64,000 nt of DNA from Candidatus Latescibacterota bacterium (GTDB lineage Bacteria; Latescibacterota; UBA2968), in contig OZ242320.1 in the NCBI GenBank assembly GCA_965208125.1, positions 4,608,001-4,672,000 on the forward strand, in the 5' to 3' direction. The stretch's first letter is position 1. Each line of letters begins with the position of its first letter. A model generated the notes under the pieces. It had not been told where the DNA came from, searched no databases, and was given only the letters and a program-made list of their open reading frames with translations. Shown one piece after another: positions 8,149 through 16,695 of the stretch. The translations under genes and the position numbers were made by a program.

Positions 8149-10743
8149 ATGATGAGGCGACAATTGAGGATGTTCGGATTGGTTTTTTGCATGATGAGTG
8201 TGTTGTGTACCAGTTATGCAGAAGGGCACATGCTCTACAGCGATGAAAGTGATGTGACAGATTTCAATGACGACGGAAAAACGGACTTCGTTGATTTTGT
8301 CATGTTTGCGGCTGTATTTGGTTCGCAACAAGTACAGTTCGATTTAAATCAGAATGGTCTGGTGGATTTTCCCGATTTTCTGGTGTTTATCTCTGCATTT
8401 GGACAGCCTGGGGCTGGATCCTCTGGTGGTACAAATGGCGATGCCCCTTTTAGTGCACAAGCATTCCAGCATTTTGCGGATCGGCTGAATATCCGGTGGG
8501 ATGATGATTTTTTATATATCGAGTCCGACGCTTTTCCCGATCACCGCATGATGGTGGGGATTACAGCCTGGAATCAGCAGGTGCCTTTGCCCCAGCCCTA
8601 TCAAGGCGATAATGCTTGGCAGATTCCATTGAAACCCGCGGTTGCAGATGTGCCAGTTTATGCAAGCCAGACGCTGTTTCGGGGGGCTATTGGTCTGGCT
8701 ATTAACGGCGTGCCCATTTTTAATCCCATCAAACAGAATGGCCGCACAGACACGTATTTGGCTGGGGAATTAGATGAATTTGGGGGACATGCTGGTCGTG
8801 CGGACGACTATCACTACCATATCGCGCCGTTGTTTCTTACAGAAAAAGTGGGCGATGCCGTACCCATTGCGTATGCCCTGGATGGCTATCCGATGTATGG
8901 TCTCAATGAACCCGATGGCACCCCGGCAACGAACCTGGACGATTTGAACGGACATTTTGATGCAAATGGAAATTATCACTATCACAGCACGCTGGATTAT
9001 CCCTATGTCAATGGCGGATTTAAGGGCGTTATTGAACTTTTCAGGGGAGAAGAAGTCGCAAATCAACCCCGTACAAGGCCCGTTCGCCCTTCTGGAAGGG
9101 GGATGCGGGCAAATATCACAGATTTTGTGAAGGATATAGATGGCTGGTATCGGCTTACGTATGAGGCAAACGGTGGAACACAGGCGATTGCCTATTTTCT
9201 CAGGCCAGATGGGGATTATGATTTTCAATTTACAGATGCCAGTGGCAATATCACGCGACAGACTTACCGCTCCAATGGGAGTGTTGAGGTAGAAAGTGAT
9301 GCGGGAACGTCAGGCCAGAGCGGTGGGTCTAATGATTCAGGACCTCAGACTGTAACCGATCCATCTGATACAGATTCTGATTCTTTGTTTGTTGCATCCG
9401 AGTTGTTGGGACGACCAACCGACAGATCCGTGACTGTCAATTTGGTTCCATCAGCAGACCTGGAAATTTATCTGGAATACGGAACAGAATCAGGTGTTTA
9501 CACAAATCAGACATCCGTGGTGATGGGGTCACGAAATACACCGATTGAAATTGCGATGGAGGGGTTGCTTTCTGACACGCGGTATTATTATCGAACCCGC
9601 TACCGGCGCGCAGGAGAAACAGAGTTCAAAAGGCGGGGCGAATATACGTTTCACACATATCGGCCACCGGGCACAACATTCACTTTTTCAATTCAGGCCT
9701 GCGCACATTTAGATGGTCGATCCAGCCTGGAACTCTACCATCGCTCGCTGGAAAATGTCGCAGCATATCAGTCCGATTTTCTCATCGATCTCGGTGATAC
9801 ATTTATGTGCAACAAACACTCAGAACCACTTACGGCGACTGTAAGACCCGCACCCGATTACGCAACCGTTGAGCGTCGGTATTTGTACGAGCGTGGGAAT
9901 TTTGGAAAGATTACACATTCTATTCCGCTGTTTCTCGCCAATGGAAACCACGATGGGGAAGAGGGGTGGTCATTGAATGGCACGCCAAACAATGTGGCTG
10001 TTTGGGCTACAATGGCGCGAAAAAAATATTATACGAATCCCGTGCCAGATATGTTCTATTTTGGAGATTCCGATGAAGAGCCGTTTGTTGGTGTGCGAGA
10101 GAGTTATTATTCGTGGTCGTGGGGAGACGCGCTATTTGTCGTGATTGACCCTTATTGGTACACGACAACAAAGCCCAAACGCGGTGGCGTATCGGATAAC
10201 TGGCGCTGGACCCTTGGCGCAAAGCAATATCAGTGGCTGCGGCAGGTGCTGGAGGCGAGTGATGCGACCTTTAAGTTTGTATTTTCACATCAACTGGTGG
10301 GGGGTATTCATACAGGAGAAGGACGCGGCGGTATTGAGATGGCTCCGTATTATGAATGGGGCGGAAAGAATAGAGATGACAGTTGGGGGTTTGACACAAA
10401 ACGCGCGGGATGGTACAAGCCGATTCATCAACTGATGGTAGAGAACAATGTGTCGGCTTTTTTTCACGGTCATGACCATGTGTTTGTGAAGCAGGAATTA
10501 GATGGGGTGGTGTATCAGGTGTTGCCACAACCTAGTAACACAAATTATCGAAATGGTGACAAAATAGCTGCTGAAGGGGGATATTTTAGTGGTACTGTCC
10601 TGGGAAATTCAGGGCATCTGCGTGTGACTGTTTCTCCAGATGATGTTGTGGTGGAATACATCAGAGCTTATCTGCCAGGAGATGAAGGTGCTGGACGGAC
10701 AAATGGTGAGGTGAGCTATTCTTATCGGATAGAGAAAAGATGA
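8149..10743 (+). CDS. Secreted fusion: EF-hand/dockerin-like module + YHYH domain + FN3-like + calcineurin-like metallophosphoesterase
   Basis: Signal peptide; DFNDDGKTDFVDF...DLNQNGLVDFPDF; DDYHYH, GNYHYHS; GDTF, GNHD, FSH, GHDH phosphoesterase motifs. Start chosen at ATG 8149 (ORF track 8059). Confidence 0.85.
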   Translation: MMRRQLRMFGLVFCMMSVLCTSYAEGHMLYSDESDVTDFNDDGKTDFVDFVMFAAVFGSQQVQFDLNQNGLVDFPDFLVFISAFGQPGAGSSGGTNGDAPFSAQAFQHFADRLNIRWDDDFLYIESDAFPDHRMMVGITAWNQQVPLPQPYQGDNAWQIPLKPAVADVPVYASQTLFRGAIGLAINGVPIFNPIKQNGRTDTYLAGELDEFGGHAGRADDYHYHIAPLFLTEKVGDAVPIAYALDGYPMYGLNEPDGTPATNLDDLNGHFDANGNYHYHSTLDYPYVNGGFKGVIELFRGEEVANQPRTRPVRPSGRGMRANITDFVKDIDGWYRLTYEANGGTQAIAYFLRPDGDYDFQFTDASGNITRQTYRSNGSVEVESDAGTSGQSGGSNDSGPQTVTDPSDTDSDSLFVASELLGRPTDRSVTVNLVPSADLEIYLEYGTESGVYTNQTSVVMGSRNTPIEIAMEGLLSDTRYYYRTRYRRAGETEFKRRGEYTFHTYRPPGTTFTFSIQACAHLDGRSSLELYHRSLENVAAYQSDFLIDLGDTFMCNKHSEPLTATVRPAPDYATVERRYLYERGNFGKITHSIPLFLANGNHDGEEGWSLNGTPNNVAVWATMARKKYYTNPVPDMFYFGDSDEEPFVGVRESYYSWSWGDALFVVIDPYWYTTTKPKRGGVSDNWRWTLGAKQYQWLRQVLEASDATFKFVFSHQLVGGIHTGEGRGGIEMAPYYEWGGKNRDDSWGFDTKRAGWYKPIHQLMVENNVSAFFHGHDHVFVKQELDGVVYQVLPQPSNTNYRNGDKIAAEGGYFSGTVLGNSGHLRVTVSPDDVVVEYIRAYLPGDEGAGRTNGEVSYSYRIEKR

Positions 10744-12101
10744 CCAGATACACACAATGGGCTTTGGGTGCGGTCTTCGCGTTATTTTGTATTTTTAGCC
10801 CAATTACTTTGAAAGCGTCACTGTCTGATTTTGATGGAAATGGCAAGGTCGATTTTGTCGATTTTCTCGCCTTTGCTGGTGCTTTTGGCACCGATCAAGC
10901 CCAATTTGATCTTAATCAAAATGGGCAGGTAGATTTTCCTGACTTTCTGATATTTGTTAGAGCATATGGTGCGAATGATGACACATCCTTACCCGAGCCG
11001 TCTGCATTTTACAAGCTACCAGATGATTGGCAGGTTGTACCTATAGAACAACAAAATTGTGCAAAAGAGGATCTTGTTGGTGTTGATCATGTTTATGTTG
11101 AAACGGCATCAAAATTGTTGGTGTGGCTTACTGGCACGGTTGAGAATGCACATTATGAACCCATTGGTGAGGTGGCAAATTATTTTGGTTTTGCAGCACT
11201 CAGGAACGAGATTCGGGAACGCGATGGGAACAATGCAGATGCCTCTTTTCGGGGTGCAGTCTATAAGGAAGTCTTGGAGCTTTTGGATGATTCTCAACGG
11301 TCGTTTTTATATGAATTATTGGCCGAGCATCGAACGGCAATCAACGGATTTTTGGAAGACCGTGTTTTGTTGGTCGATGAATTGTGGCGTTTAAAAAATA
11401 ACTTTACAATGGACTATGTTCGTGTGATGAACTTAATACAATCAATTGGGGAATACGAAGGTACCATTACGGTCATAACGGCCCAATACTATGCAAAATT
11501 ACTACCTCTTTTAAGCTCTGAACAGGTGCAATACTTAGAAGATATTCGTCGTGGCGTTGTCACCTTAGATCAGATGCAAAATACCTCATTGCCATATGCT
11601 GCAGAAGCAAAAACTCAATTTAACGCACTTAGCCGTGATGATGCTAAATTGATGCAGGAAGTGTCGAGCAAGTTCGTTGCCTGGGCAACGGGTGATTTAG
11701 ATGACGCGCTCTTTTTGCCAAGAGGTAAAATTGGCAACTACTTTGGGTTTTCAAGCTTTCGGTATGTAGATCGAACATCAGTGAGTCGTGGGGGGGCTGC
11801 GGATTTGATTGATCAGGTATTAACCCCAGATCAACAAGCCATTCTTTGTGGTCTCTCGACTAATGTTGTGGGTTATACCCAGGATTATGTTAATGGCCGA
11901 GCGACTTTGATCACGAAATTGGATGCTCTCAAAAAAGATCCTACGCTGCCAGTAGATCATCTTGTAACGGACTATGCTGACCTGGCTGGTCAGGGTGAGG
12001 GCCGCAGAGTAGTGGTAGAAGCATTAACATATCATCTCATAGAGTCTATGATGAGTGCAGAACAAATCCAAAGTCTTAAAGCACTTCGAGTCACAAATTA
12101 A
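10740..12101 (+). CDS. Secreted helical protein with EF-hand/dockerin-like module and Spy/CpxP (LTXXQ)-like repeats
   Basis: Signal peptide; DFDGNGKVDFVDF...DLNQNGQVDFPDF; LDDSQ, LSSEQ, LTPDQ, MSAEQ; internal duplication G.(V/I)(A/G)NYFGF. Confidence 0.7.
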   Translation: MTRYTQWALGAVFALFCIFSPITLKASLSDFDGNGKVDFVDFLAFAGAFGTDQAQFDLNQNGQVDFPDFLIFVRAYGANDDTSLPEPSAFYKLPDDWQVVPIEQQNCAKEDLVGVDHVYVETASKLLVWLTGTVENAHYEPIGEVANYFGFAALRNEIRERDGNNADASFRGAVYKEVLELLDDSQRSFLYELLAEHRTAINGFLEDRVLLVDELWRLKNNFTMDYVRVMNLIQSIGEYEGTITVITAQYYAKLLPLLSSEQVQYLEDIRRGVVTLDQMQNTSLPYAAEAKTQFNALSRDDAKLMQEVSSKFVAWATGDLDDALFLPRGKIGNYFGFSSFRYVDRTSVSRGGAADLIDQVLTPDQQAILCGLSTNVVGYTQDYVNGRATLITKLDALKKDPTLPVDHLVTDYADLAGQGEGRRVVVEALTYHLIESMMSAEQIQSLKALRVTN

Positions 12102-12257
12102 ACGATTCAGCTCAATTTTTCTTTGGCTGAAAAAGGGATGGCGTTTATAGAGCGTCAGGTTGGCGCAGGGAGATCTTTCTATGTGCCATTACCTCCATTT
12201 CGGCAGGAGAGAAGACCCGACGCAGAGCCAGAAATCCATAAGCCTCGCCTAACACGC

Positions 12258-12292
12258 TACGCCGCGCAAATTTGCGCGGCGTATTCTTTTTT
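12258..12292 (+). terminator. Rho-independent terminator (26-bp perfect palindrome plus T-tract)
   Basis: TACGCCGCGCAAA-TTTGCGCGGCGTA followed by TTCTTTTTT. Confidence 0.7.
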
Positions 12293-12658
12293 AGCCTGAT
12301 TTATGCAATTAACCACAGATAAACAGCGTAGCGGACAAATGGGCAAGTGGTACATATTTTTCACATTGCCGACCATTCGTGGTTCAAAATGTACACTTTC
12401 ACATCCGAGATTGTTCTGCGCCAAACAGGCGATCCTTAAATTCAGGTTGTAAACAAGGGGGCAATACGGCATATTGAAGGCATAATAAGGGTATTTGGTG
12501 CTGTCCATACCATTTGTCGCGCGATTCTGTGACATTGGCCTGATATTTGCTTGAGTTCTGATTGTTGCGTTTGTCCAAAATACGACCAACCCTCAGACCA
12601 GGCATCTCACATGGCCGAATTTGATACGATTTCTAATATTATTTTTAAGGAGGGCATC

Positions 12659-12949
12659 ATGGATCTGATCTGCGAATCATCACTTTTTCAATCCCTTACC
12701 CAGCAAAGCAGAGAGGAAAGTTTTGAACAGGGCATTGAGCAAGGCATTGAGCAAGGCATTGAGCAAGGAGGTAGAGAACGCGCTATTGAGGATATCCTCG
12801 ACGTGCTGGAGATCCGATTTGATCTCCGTCAGACAGATCCCTTATCTGCTCGCATTGCAGCTATTGAAGATTTGCAACGCCTCAAGCAGTTGCACCGTGC
12901 GGCGATACAGGTGTCCAATCTTGATGAATTTGAACGCCTGTTAGATTAA
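12659..12949 (+). CDS. Stand-alone C-terminal part of an Rpn/YhgA-like (DUF4351-type) protein; RpnS-like small protein or gene remnant
   Basis: AAGGAGGG RBS before ATG 12659; EQGIEQGIEQGIEQG repeat; LEIRF...IEDLQRLKQLHRAA...LDEF tail; no N-terminal PD-(D/E)xK nuclease upstream. Confidence 0.65.
   Translation: MDLICESSLFQSLTQQSREESFEQGIEQGIEQGIEQGGRERAIEDILDVLEIRFDLRQTDPLSARIAAIEDLQRLKQLHRAAIQVSNLDEFERLLD
12725..12769 (+). repeat. 12-bp tandem repeat (GA(A/G)CA(A/G)GGCATT), about 3.7 copies, encoding EQGI
   Basis: gaacagggcatt gagcaaggcatt gagcaaggcatt gagcaagga. Confidence 0.9.
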
Positions 12950-12998
12950 GCGACGTGACGTGTTGCTCCACAAATGGTGTATCCAAAGTGCTTTGAAT

Positions 12999-14621
12999 CT
13001 ATGAATCGCTTCCTGCAGACCATGTATTGCCACCTGCCCGGACAGTTCCTTCTGCTTTTAGAAACTCCGCGCAGTGGATCCCGCCGCCCAGACTGTTGAC
13101 CGATGTGATTTCGTGGCCCATTTTGATTAATCCATTCACAATATCATCGGGCAAGGTACGGGTCACACTTACCGGCTCGTGGGTTTGTACATGCATCCTT
13201 GGACCACTGACAGCCTCGAAGGATGTTGCGCCGTAATCGATGATTTTTTGGGCTGCACGCGCGTTCACAGAGATGATACGCCTGCCGCCTGGCATTCCGA
13301 TAGCTACATCCCGATCTGGAAGCTGAATGATGAGCGGAACTGTATTGTTCAGCGGTCGCTTGAGCGAATCCACGGAATTTTTGCGCCCGGGTCTGGGATC
13401 TAATCTGCACATTCCATGTCCCAGAATGATGCCTGTATCCGGCACCGTAACAAGGGAGCCGAAAGCGCCGCCTTGAGAAATTGTTACGGCCGCCACATTC
13501 CCTTCGGCATCTGCAGAAGAGACGTGGAGCGTACCATCATTTGAATCACCTATTGGCAGTGGCACAAGCTGATCTACCGCATTGGGAAACTGGCACAGTG
13601 TTTCCACGCGACCGGCTGCATAATCTTTGCTCAGCAGTCGCTCGATCGGTACATCCACATGATTTGGATCTGCGAGATGAAGAAGGCGATCTCGCCAGAC
13701 CAGCTTGAGTAGCTCGGCGAATCGGTGCCAGTACTCGACTGTGTCTTCCGGCAGGGGATCGAAGCATTCCCACATGTTGAGCAGTTGCAAGCTGGACAAT
13801 CCGCCGTTGGGCAAAATTGCACCATGCACGGATGCCTCGCGGTAGGTCGTGGTATATGGTTCGGTCACGCCTGGCTTGAAGGCAGCCATATCTTCCATTG
13901 TCAAAATACCGCCAGTGGCTTGAACGTGATCCACTATTTTGTGGCCGATTTCCCCCGTGTAGAAATCCTGCCATCCGGCTTCTGAAACTCTTGCAAGGGT
14001 TTTTTCCATATCGCGGCGGTGCCAGATATCATCTGCTGTTGGGACACGCCCCTCGGGCATCAGGTGTTTCTCTGTTGCTGCAAATCTGCGGATCACTTTC
14101 TGCTGATTTTTGATCGCCCCTGCAGTAGAACCAAAGGGAAAGCCATCCTCGAGTAGCTTCAGCGATGGTGCTACCACATCGGACCATTTGAGTTTTCCCC
14201 ACTTTTCCCAAATGGTGCCCATGCCTGCCATCATACCCGGGGGACCAATGGCGAGAGGTCCATGGACGTTGGCATTGCCCTTTACGCTGCAGTTGTATTC
14301 CTTTTCATTGATGCCTCCGGGGGTACGCGTTGGCAGGATGGTGTACATGTGTTCGTGAGCCGCTTTGGGCGAAATTGAATTGGCGTCTATCGACCAGACT
14401 TTGCCCGTGGTGCCTTCCAAGATCACGGCACACAGTACATAACCACCCACACCCGTAGATTGTGGCTGTAACATGCAGCATGCCATACTGGTTGCCACCG
14501 CTGCATCAAAGGCGTTGCCGCCCTGTTCGAGTATTCTCGCACCGACTCTTGCCGCCTCTGGAGGCCCGGCTGCAACTGCTCCTGTTGTGCTGGTAACTTC
14601 TTGTCCCTCAGTCATATTCAA
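12999..14621 (-). CDS. Gamma-glutamyltransferase family Ntn hydrolase, no signal peptide
   Basis: GGNAFDAAVA, PQSTGVGG, FYTGEIG, GTLHVSSADAEGN (nucleophile Thr), GMPGG. Confidence 0.9.
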   Translation of the reverse strand: MNMTEGQEVTSTTGAVAAGPPEAARVGARILEQGGNAFDAAVATSMACCMLQPQSTGVGGYVLCAVILEGTTGKVWSIDANSISPKAAHEHMYTILPTRTPGGINEKEYNCSVKGNANVHGPLAIGPPGMMAGMGTIWEKWGKLKWSDVVAPSLKLLEDGFPFGSTAGAIKNQQKVIRRFAATEKHLMPEGRVPTADDIWHRRDMEKTLARVSEAGWQDFYTGEIGHKIVDHVQATGGILTMEDMAAFKPGVTEPYTTTYREASVHGAILPNGGLSSLQLLNMWECFDPLPEDTVEYWHRFAELLKLVWRDRLLHLADPNHVDVPIERLLSKDYAAGRVETLCQFPNAVDQLVPLPIGDSNDGTLHVSSADAEGNVAAVTISQGGAFGSLVTVPDTGIILGHGMCRLDPRPGRKNSVDSLKRPLNNTVPLIIQLPDRDVAIGMPGGRRIISVNARAAQKIIDYGATSFEAVSGPRMHVQTHEPVSVTRTLPDDIVNGLIKMGHEITSVNSLGGGIHCAEFLKAEGTVRAGGNTWSAGSDS

Positions 14622-14632
14622 TTTTTCCTGTG

Positions 14633-15799
14633 TTATTTCACTGCGTACTGTATCAATTTTTTTTCGTCGATTTCAATGCCCAGTCCCGGACGGTCGGGCA
14701 GTTCGAGATAGCTGCCATTCCGGGTGAGAGAGTGTTTCAGGATTTGATCGCTTTTTAGCTGGAAGCTCTGGTCGAAGTGTTCCATGATGACAAAATTGAG
14801 GATACCTGCCGAGAGTTGGAGTTGCGCGGCGGTGGAGAGGACGTTGCCTGCGCCGACGGCTGGGGCGAGTGGGATGTCGAAGGTTTCGGCGAGGTGGGCG
14901 ATGCGCTGGCTGCCCGTGATGCCTGTTCGCGCGAGGTCGGGCAGGAGAATGTCGGCGGCATGCGCTTCCAGAACAGCGCGGAATTGATAGGCGTTGTAAT
15001 ATTCCTGGCCGATGCAGATGGGCAGTGTGAGGTCGCGCGGCACTTCGGCATGACGGCGAAGGTCTTCGCTGGGTACGGGCGATTCGAGCCAGAAGACGTC
15101 GAATTTTTCGAGTTCTTTACCCAGGGCAATTGCCCCGGGTACGTCGTAATGCCAGGTGAGATCGACGAGGATATCGACGTCGGGACCAACGGCTTCGCGT
15201 GTGGCTTCTACGACGGCGACGGCATTTTTTAAGGGCCGATTGAGGTGATATTTGACCGCGTCGTAACCCATTTCAACGGCTTTGAGGGCTTGCTCAACAC
15301 CTATTTCGGGTGTGGGACCATGAATGTTGTTGTAGATACGAACTTTGTCGCGGTAGGGGCCACCGAGAAGGACGTAGCAGGGTACGTCGAGGGCTTTGCC
15401 CGATAGATCCCAGAGGGCGTTGTTGATGCCTGCAAGGGCAGCCGCGAGATAACCCGAGCGGTAACCTCGACCGCGCATGGTGCCGTAGGTCATGTCGTAG
15501 AGTTTTTCGCGGGCGAGTGGATTTTCGCCGATGAGAATGGGGGCAAACAGGTGATCTACGACTGCTTTGGTGGCTTCGGGAACGAGCAGGGATTGACCTT
15601 CACCCCATCCGACAAGGCCATTGTCGGCAGTGATTTTGACAAAGAGGGCTTCGGCATAACGCGCGGCTGCCATGTCGTCGATGGGAGGCGTTGTGTCATA
15701 GGAGAGCGATTTGCGAGGACGCGCATAGTCGGGCACATTTTCTGAGACATTGGGGCGGGGTAATTTAACGACGTAGGCGTCGATTTGTTCTATTCGCAT
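14633..15799 (-). CDS. Mandelate racemase/muconate lactonizing enzyme family (acid-sugar dehydratase-like), atypical active site
   Basis: GLVGWGE, ALWDLSGK, WLESP, PDRPGLGIEID. Confidence 0.88.
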   Translation of the reverse strand: MRIEQIDAYVVKLPRPNVSENVPDYARPRKSLSYDTTPPIDDMAAARYAEALFVKITADNGLVGWGEGQSLLVPEATKAVVDHLFAPILIGENPLAREKLYDMTYGTMRGRGYRSGYLAAALAGINNALWDLSGKALDVPCYVLLGGPYRDKVRIYNNIHGPTPEIGVEQALKAVEMGYDAVKYHLNRPLKNAVAVVEATREAVGPDVDILVDLTWHYDVPGAIALGKELEKFDVFWLESPVPSEDLRRHAEVPRDLTLPICIGQEYYNAYQFRAVLEAHAADILLPDLARTGITGSQRIAHLAETFDIPLAPAVGAGNVLSTAAQLQLSAGILNFVIMEHFDQSFQLKSDQILKHSLTRNGSYLELPDRPGLGIEIDEKKLIQYAVK

Positions 15800-15841
15800 C
15801 TATGACTCCTGTTTTCATCTCCAGGCAGATCAGGGGCAGGG

Positions 15842-16576
15842 TCAAACTCGGGTTGTGGGGCGGGCGTTGAATCCCAAAAGTTGTCGCAGGAGCGGGGTGG
15901 CGCGGTTCAAGACTTTTTTTGTTGCGAGGCGCATCTGATCCTGCTGGGTTTTGAGGATGGAACGGTTGTAAAATCCGAGCAATCCCACGCGCTCGCGGTC
16001 GGTCTGGTTTGCGCCCGAGCCGTGCCAGGTTGCGCCATTTAAGATCATGACCGAGCCTTTTGGTCCTTTGACCTGTATTTCATCTGGATATGTTTGATCT
16101 CGTTTCGGCATGGTGTCGAGTCGTTTGTGGCTGCCGGGCACACAACGGGTGGAGCCGTTTTTGGGATAAAAGTCGTCGAGGAACCAGACGCTGTTGGCTG
16201 AAAGCGGAAAAGAGGGGCGCGGTGTGGGCAGATTGCCCAATGGAAAATCGATGTGCAAATTGCCTGCCGGCGTGCCGGGACCGATGATGTTGGCTGTAAA
16301 TGAACTCAGGACCAGATCTTCGCCCAGCAGATATTGTTGGGCTTCGATGATGCGCGGGTGTTGTATGGCCTGTTCAAAGATTTCGTGTTTGTTTACCAGA
16401 TTCCAGACCCTACGCGCGTTTTCGATGTGGCTATAATCTCGTCCTGCTTTGATATCTTCCTGAGCCAGTTCCAGCGCGAGGTTGCGCATGGTGTCTGCTT
16501 CATCGACGCTGATGACATTTTTGAGAATGAGATAGCCCTGTTCGTCGAGGCGTTGTTTTTCGCTGTCGGTGAGCAT
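15842..16576 (-). CDS. Phytanoyl-CoA dioxygenase (PhyH) family Fe(II)/2OG dioxygenase
   Basis: LHID, NGSTRCVPGSH, TWHGSGAN...R motifs. Confidence 0.9.
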   Translation of the reverse strand: MLTDSEKQRLDEQGYLILKNVISVDEADTMRNLALELAQEDIKAGRDYSHIENARRVWNLVNKHEIFEQAIQHPRIIEAQQYLLGEDLVLSSFTANIIGPGTPAGNLHIDFPLGNLPTPRPSFPLSANSVWFLDDFYPKNGSTRCVPGSHKRLDTMPKRDQTYPDEIQVKGPKGSVMILNGATWHGSGANQTDRERVGLLGFYNRSILKTQQDQMRLATKKVLNRATPLLRQLLGFNARPTTRV

Positions 16577-16695
16577 TCGGTTGTCCCCCGGTTGAGCTCT
16601 TTCTGATTAAGATATGATAAAGGCTGATATATTTCAAATGCGGATAGGGTAGGGCGTATCCTTTAGATCGAACTTGCCAAACTCCCGTTTTTCAA

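Noticed and set aside
12257-12605. Minus-strand ORFs of 110 and 68 aa
   Set aside because: No convincing RBS or motifs; the 110-aa ORF overlaps the terminator palindrome
12725-12769. Short tandem repeats here and at about 44078-44207 considered as CRISPR
   Set aside because: No spacers; they are in-frame coding repeats (EQGI, GGR); no cas genes
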